Shown here one piece after another: positions 25,123 through 29,190 of a DNA stretch of 29,190 nt. Numbering within the stretch: position 1 is the stretch's first letter; each line of letters begins with the position of its first letter. The translations under genes were made by a program, and so were the position numbers. The stretch spans positions 1 to 29,190 of IMG/VR virus record IMGVR_UViG_3300006076_000017. One strand, given 5' to 3'. The DNA comes from a virus (taxonomy: Duplodnaviria; Caudoviricetes). The notes beneath the pieces were generated by a model. It ran no database searches. It was not told where the DNA came from and was given only the letters and a program-made list of their open reading frames with translations.

Positions 25123-25707
25123 ATGAGTAATGCGTTAAAAGAATTAGCAGATATACAAAAAAAGGAAAATTTAGATTACTTAAAAGATAAAGCTAATCTA
25201 CTAAAAGAACTAATAGAAGATGAATGGGCTGATCTAGTATTAGAAGATTTCGATAAATATATCTCTCCATTTTTTACAGGTAAAGTACCTATATCAGAAG
25301 AGAATATTGCCGCATTTCTAACAAATGTGTTAAAAGTTACTGGATCTTACTTTAGAGGAATTAGAATTCTTAAAGACGGTAAACCATTTTTATATTATCC
25401 CCCATTACTATTAGACATAAAACATGATGAAGTATTAGAAAATATAGCATTTAGTAGAGTAGTGAAAGAATATAAAGCTTTACTAAATGATCCATTTGGA
25501 AAAGATAAGTTATTATTAGAATCGGTAAGTGATGGACTAAGTAAAGTGATTAATGTAGATTATGAAAAGGTAAAAGACTATTTAGAAAAATTAAAAGAAT
25601 TATATGCTTACTATGGTCTGTTAAAAAAGAATCCTGATAAAGAGAATAAAGATACTACTACTAACGAAGATAATGAAGATATTGGAGATATAATAGATTA
25701 TGATTAG
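25123..25707 (+). CDS. Conserved phiKZ-family hypothetical protein
   Basis: 194 aa; 'EDF.....PFF.G', 'V.GS....I.I..DG......PPL', acidic tail; SD AAGGAG. Confidence 0.55.
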   Translation: MSNALKELADIQKKENLDYLKDKANLLKELIEDEWADLVLEDFDKYISPFFTGKVPISEENIAAFLTNVLKVTGSYFRGIRILKDGKPFLYYPPLLLDIKHDEVLENIAFSRVVKEYKALLNDPFGKDKLLLESVSDGLSKVINVDYEKVKDYLEKLKELYAYYGLLKKNPDKENKDTTTNEDNEDIGDIIDYD

Positions 25708-25732
25708 TAGAGGTAATTTACCTCTACTAATC
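25702..25732. terminator. Bidirectional hairpin between convergent genes
   Basis: GATTAGTAGAGGTAA-t-TTACCTCTACTAATC (15-bp arms); each arm contains the TAG stop of one gene. Confidence 0.82.
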
Positions 25733-26038
25733 TATTATATAATCAAATACCCAACCGTTTATATCCTCTCCACTTTCCACTATCTTAGATAATGAAAACC
25801 GGTATATTTTATCTAACTTAAATTCTATAATACAAGGTGTATTATCTTCTTTTATCATTCCTGTTTTTACTAGTTCTTCTACAATCTTTATTAAAAGATA
25901 TTTCATTCTTATTTCTTCTATAACAGGTTTACTAATATCTATTTCAAAATTCAATTTTAGATCTTTTAACATTTCGTCTACTTCGTTTAAAGATAGTTGT
26001 AAAGCATATTTACCTGTACCTATTTCTATTAGTTTCAT
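25727..26038 (-). CDS. Hypothetical protein
   Basis: 103 aa; starts 5 nt after the upstream stop; no recognisable motif. Confidence 0.65.
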   Translation of the reverse strand: MKLIEIGTGKYALQLSLNEVDEMLKDLKLNFEIDISKPVIEEIRMKYLLIKIVEELVKTGMIKEDNTPCIIEFKLDKIYRFSLSKIVESGEDINGWVFDYIID

Positions 26039-26043
26039 CTTTA

Positions 26044-27342
26044 TTACCTTTCAATTTTAAATTTTAATAATACTGATGTTTCTTTCTTATTAAAATTATA
26101 AATTCTTGTAGTAGCTTGCATTACTCCTCTTTTTTCTTCTACTACTCCTGATTTTACAAATAAATACTTTAACAACATTCCAGGTCTAATAAAATATATA
26201 TTTACCATATTCAATTTTAATGTAGCATCTATCATATTGTTCATAAGTATTTGAGATCTATACTTATAGAGATTAGCATCATAATGTGTAACTAATGGAT
26301 TTAAAAAAGGAAACTTAATATCATTTATTTTCAATGTTTTAATTACATTATTCGGTTTAGGATTTATTTTAAATATGTCAGGAGTAATCTCAATATTGTC
26401 TTTGGTCATAACATACGTTTGGTCATTTTCTATATATGTATTGCCTAATTTTAATAAATCCATAATTCCTTTATTTTCTATTTTAATATCAGAAGTTACC
26501 ATTTTATAAATTTTATTATCTTTAAAAAAGTCCATATCATTCTTATCTATACCTATTCTACTACTATTATAAAACATAATTTTGTCTTCATTTATTTTTT
26601 CAAACAGTTCATAATTATAAATAGGATAAATATAAAAACGATAGTATTGTGGTTTAAGTTGTCTAATAAACATATTTACACCGCCATTATACAACCCATA
26701 TCCAAAGTTCTGCATAGTATAAACTAATTTTGCTAACTTAGTATATGATTTTACAATTATATGTTCATATTGTTCAGTATTATCCAAATCTCTCATGTCT
26801 AAGTCAAAACTAATTTGTTTACCAGCTATCTTAATATCTTTTAAACTATTCGATAACAAATATTTAATAACCTTATCATGTGTTGTATCTAAAAAAGAAC
26901 CAGATACAAATTTATCTTTTAGTAATAACAATAAAGGATCTATACATTGTCCTTTAATCATTACGTTATCCATTTTATTTAACTCTTTATTACCAAACCT
27001 ACCAAACCTACTAGTTTTAGATTCTGTATCGGTATTTAAGATTATTAACTTAAACCTATAATCTTCAATACTAGTTTCAGTTTCTATAACTATTGAAACT
27101 TCTAAATTATCCTTATGTGGAAGTATAAATTCTTTATAGTCACCCATAGGTAACATAAAGTCTAAATATACTTCTGGAAATAGTCCTGTATTATGGTTCT
27201 CTGTAAATTCTAGATATTGAGGATATTTTATTTTAATATCGTCATCTGGGGTATGTAATTTCAAATCTATCTTAGGAAAAGAGAAACTCTTAGAATTATT
27301 TAATATCTTTTTTACTTCAGCTTCAAATAGTTTAATAGTCAT
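26044..27342 (-). CDS. Virion structural protein, probable baseplate hub-like (T4 gp27/Mu gp44-type)
   Basis: 432 aa, beta-rich; 'MLPMGDY...ILP..DNLE', 'DNT..Y.HI', 'Q..GYGLY..G...F...YIYPIY', C-terminal barrel 'IRPGM....RGV'. Resembles a member of the phiKZ gp99-gp101 structural block (recalled). Confidence 0.55.
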   Translation of the reverse strand: MTIKLFEAEVKKILNNSKSFSFPKIDLKLHTPDDDIKIKYPQYLEFTENHNTGLFPEVYLDFMLPMGDYKEFILPHKDNLEVSIVIETETSIEDYRFKLIILNTDTESKTSRFGRFGNKELNKMDNVMIKGQCIDPLLLLLKDKFVSGSFLDTTHDKVIKYLLSNSLKDIKIAGKQISFDLDMRDLDNTEQYEHIIVKSYTKLAKLVYTMQNFGYGLYNGGVNMFIRQLKPQYYRFYIYPIYNYELFEKINEDKIMFYNSSRIGIDKNDMDFFKDNKIYKMVTSDIKIENKGIMDLLKLGNTYIENDQTYVMTKDNIEITPDIFKINPKPNNVIKTLKINDIKFPFLNPLVTHYDANLYKYRSQILMNNMIDATLKLNMVNIYFIRPGMLLKYLFVKSGVVEEKRGVMQATTRIYNFNKKETSVLLKFKIER

Positions 27343-27352
27343 TTTCTAATCC

Positions 27353-27844
27353 TTATACTTCAAATTTAGTAATATCTATTTTAGGCTTAGTATCTACATC
27401 CATAAACAAGTCATTACCTAAACCGTCATCTTGTTTTAACTCTTCTTCTATTCTTCTTTCTATAAATCCTTGATTAATATTAGTTAATGAATCTAACAAC
27501 TCCTCTATTATCTGTTTTTCCTCTAGATCATTAACATTAACAGAGTATTTGTATAATTCTAATACTTCTGTTAACAATTCTCCTAAAGTTATAATATCGT
27601 CTCTATTTACTACATATATAGTACCACCGTTTTTAAAAATTTCTACTATTTTAATAGCAGGTATCATGACTGTATCTAAATCAGTAACTGATTTCTTTTT
27701 AGCTCCATCTTCTCCGTATGTGATAGGTATCCCTAACATCTTTATTTCTTCTGGATCGTATAATAAACTCCTAGGTGCTCTTACCATAAATAGTTTTTCT
27801 CTATACTTTTTAAGTATGTCTCTACTATACTGTAATGAAGTCAT
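27353..27844 (-). CDS. Conserved protein between two structural genes (phiKZ gp100-like by position)
   Basis: Start set to ATG 27844 behind SD AAGGAG (163 aa); 'F.VR.P......EEI...G.P' motif. Confidence 0.55.
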   Translation of the reverse strand: MTSLQYSRDILKKYREKLFMVRAPRSLLYDPEEIKMLGIPITYGEDGAKKKSVTDLDTVMIPAIKIVEIFKNGGTIYVVNRDDIITLGELLTEVLELYKYSVNVNDLEEKQIIEELLDSLTNINQGFIERRIEEELKQDDGLGNDLFMDVDTKPKIDITKFEV

Positions 27845-27895
27845 TTTTATCTCCTTATAAAATCCTTTATGTCTCAATGAAGATTATAAACATAG

Positions 27896-27924
27896 ACTAA
27901 TATAGGGTAATACCCTATATTAGT
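27896..27924. terminator. Hairpin over a stop codon
   Basis: ACTAATATAGGGTA-a-TACCCTATATTAGT (14-bp arms). Confidence 0.75.
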
Positions 27925-29185
27925 AAGTTGTGGTCTTTAATGTGTTTAAGTAATACCTAATTAATAGGTAAACAATAGGTATGAAATAATATCGTTGTAT
28001 TAAAGTAAGTTGTGATAACTCAGATGTAATATCGTACAACACTTCTTTATCAATAGGCTCTCTGTTAATTAAATTTAGTACTGATACTTCAAAAGGTTTT
28101 AGGGTAACTTCATCTATTGTTTTTTCTTTGTATAAAACAGAATAAAAATCACTACTAAATATATAGTATTCACTACTTAACATTGGAAACATATCTGTCT
28201 CTACAGAATCTGGAGTAAATAGATAATCTTCATTTAGTTCTTTTTGTGGTTTTACTAACCTATTAGCTACAGAGTATCTGATACCCATCATAAATGGATT
28301 ATAAACTTCTTCAAAGATGTCCTTATAACCGTTATATTTGTGAACATCTTCTAAAAAGATAGATTCATCTAACATATAATCTAGTATTGTTATTTCTTTT
28401 GGTATTTCATAAATTTCCATCTTACTAGAAAGTTTGCTAATAGGCATTATTGTTTTCAAAAAGTTAATTAGATTTTGATCATAATAGTAGTACGTATCTA
28501 CTTTAATTACTGGCGTAAAATAATTATCAGGAATTACAAAATACCTATTAAATTGTTCTGGTAGTTCTTCTAAAATTTTATTAAAGAACGTTATATCGTC
28601 TAGTTGTGTTTTAGTTAATACAGGTATACTGGAATCTTTGACATAATCTTTATTATAATAAAGTTCTGTATAGGTAGAACCTTTAATTTTTAATACTATC
28701 TCATCATCTAGAGAATCTACTATCTGATAAATTTTGAAACCTATCCTAAAGACATTAGATTTGTTATAAACATTTCTCTTTATACTAGTAAGTGTAAAGA
28801 TACCATATCTACCATCTATGAGTTTAGCTATAAATACATCAGCTGGCTTAGGTATTATGTTTAAATCTATTAGAGCTTCTCCTTGAAGTTCTTCCGGTTT
28901 AGTCATTTCCAAGGGAGAATCTAAATATAATACTAGATTTTTGTATTCTACATAATCTACAATACCAAAATCTATAGATGAATCAAAATTATCTTGGTAA
29001 TCAGATAAGTCTCCTTGAGCATTATAATAATCTACTTCCCACTCATATCCGGATATATATTTAGATATTTCTACTTGTTGATCATAAGCTACCTCATAAT
29101 CAGATTTTATAATTCTACTATTATCTACTTCTGGTTCTGATTTTACTATATTAGACATTTTTTCTGTTAAAGTTACAATACCCAT
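27920..29185 (-). CDS. Virion structural protein, probable neck/head-closure (T4 gp14/SPP1 gp16-like N-terminal barrel)
   Basis: 'YISG..WEVDYY', 'G.A.....IPKPADVFIA...DGR.GIF..TSI......F.I.F' barrel pattern, helical C-terminus 'YYIFS..FY', 'YYFIP'. Start is uncertain because the RBS lies outside the window. Confidence 0.55.
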   Translation of the reverse strand: MGIVTLTEKMSNIVKSEPEVDNSRIIKSDYEVAYDQQVEISKYISGYEWEVDYYNAQGDLSDYQDNFDSSIDFGIVDYVEYKNLVLYLDSPLEMTKPEELQGEALIDLNIIPKPADVFIAKLIDGRYGIFTLTSIKRNVYNKSNVFRIGFKIYQIVDSLDDEIVLKIKGSTYTELYYNKDYVKDSSIPVLTKTQLDDITFFNKILEELPEQFNRYFVIPDNYFTPVIKVDTYYYYDQNLINFLKTIMPISKLSSKMEIYEIPKEITILDYMLDESIFLEDVHKYNGYKDIFEEVYNPFMMGIRYSVANRLVKPQKELNEDYLFTPDSVETDMFPMLSSEYYIFSSDFYSVLYKEKTIDEVTLKPFEVSVLNLINREPIDKEVLYDITSELSQLTLIQRYYFIPIVYLLIRYYLNTLKTTTY

Positions 29186-29190
29186 ATTTT

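Noticed and set aside
3346-27860. Short antisense ORFs in the track (3346, 3743, 6456, 16117, 16918, 19830, 21165, 23607, 24886, 26795, 27549)
   Set aside because: All lie opposite well-supported genes, have the S/L/I/F-rich composition typical of shadow frames of K/E/D-rich genes, and lack convincing SDs.
4448-27924. Palindromes as CRISPR repeats, REP/MITE elements or attC sites
   Set aside because: They are dispersed and non-identical, with no spacers, target duplications or GTTRRRY cores, and they track gene ends.
1-29190. Alternative genetic code or stop-codon reassignment
   Set aside because: Coding density is high under code 11, and TAA, TAG and TGA all end full-length genes at sensible boundaries.
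1-29190. tRNA, rRNA, or uracil-substituted DNA as in AR9/PBS1
   Set aside because: No cloverleaf-like or rRNA-like segment is visible. Base modification cannot be read from sequence and no relevant enzyme is in the window.

Overview
This window is a very AT-rich, gene-dense segment of a phiKZ-like jumbo phage genome (Chimalliviridae type, the nucleus-forming lineage), read with the standard genetic code. From right to left on the minus strand it carries a virion structural block, two small conserved plus-strand genes, and then the phiKZ gp65-gp75-type core block: SbcD/Mre11 nuclease, a conserved nuclease-fold protein, a ChmC-like RNA-binding protein, the gp68-like sigma-like nvRNAP subunit, the PicA/Imp1-like nuclear import factor, a gp70-like protein, split nvRNAP beta and beta' subunits, and an SF2 helicase. 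After that come an accessory fibre/Ig-like virion cluster, the virion RNAP beta' C-terminal piece, the prohead protease, DnaB and the major capsid protein. The most striking observations are four. (1) The gene next to PicA ends in a 104-residue charge-free, Q/N/P/G-rich tail with periodic Tyr and FG repeats. (2) About 12 long near-perfect palindromes with a shared sequence grammar sit at gene ends. (3) A four-copy promoter/leader motif, TAyATTATTwAAA, lies upstream of nucleus/transcription genes. (4) Small membrane-protein cassettes are inserted into the core block. phiKZ gene numbers come from recalled motifs and synteny, not from a database search. Chimallin itself is not in the window.
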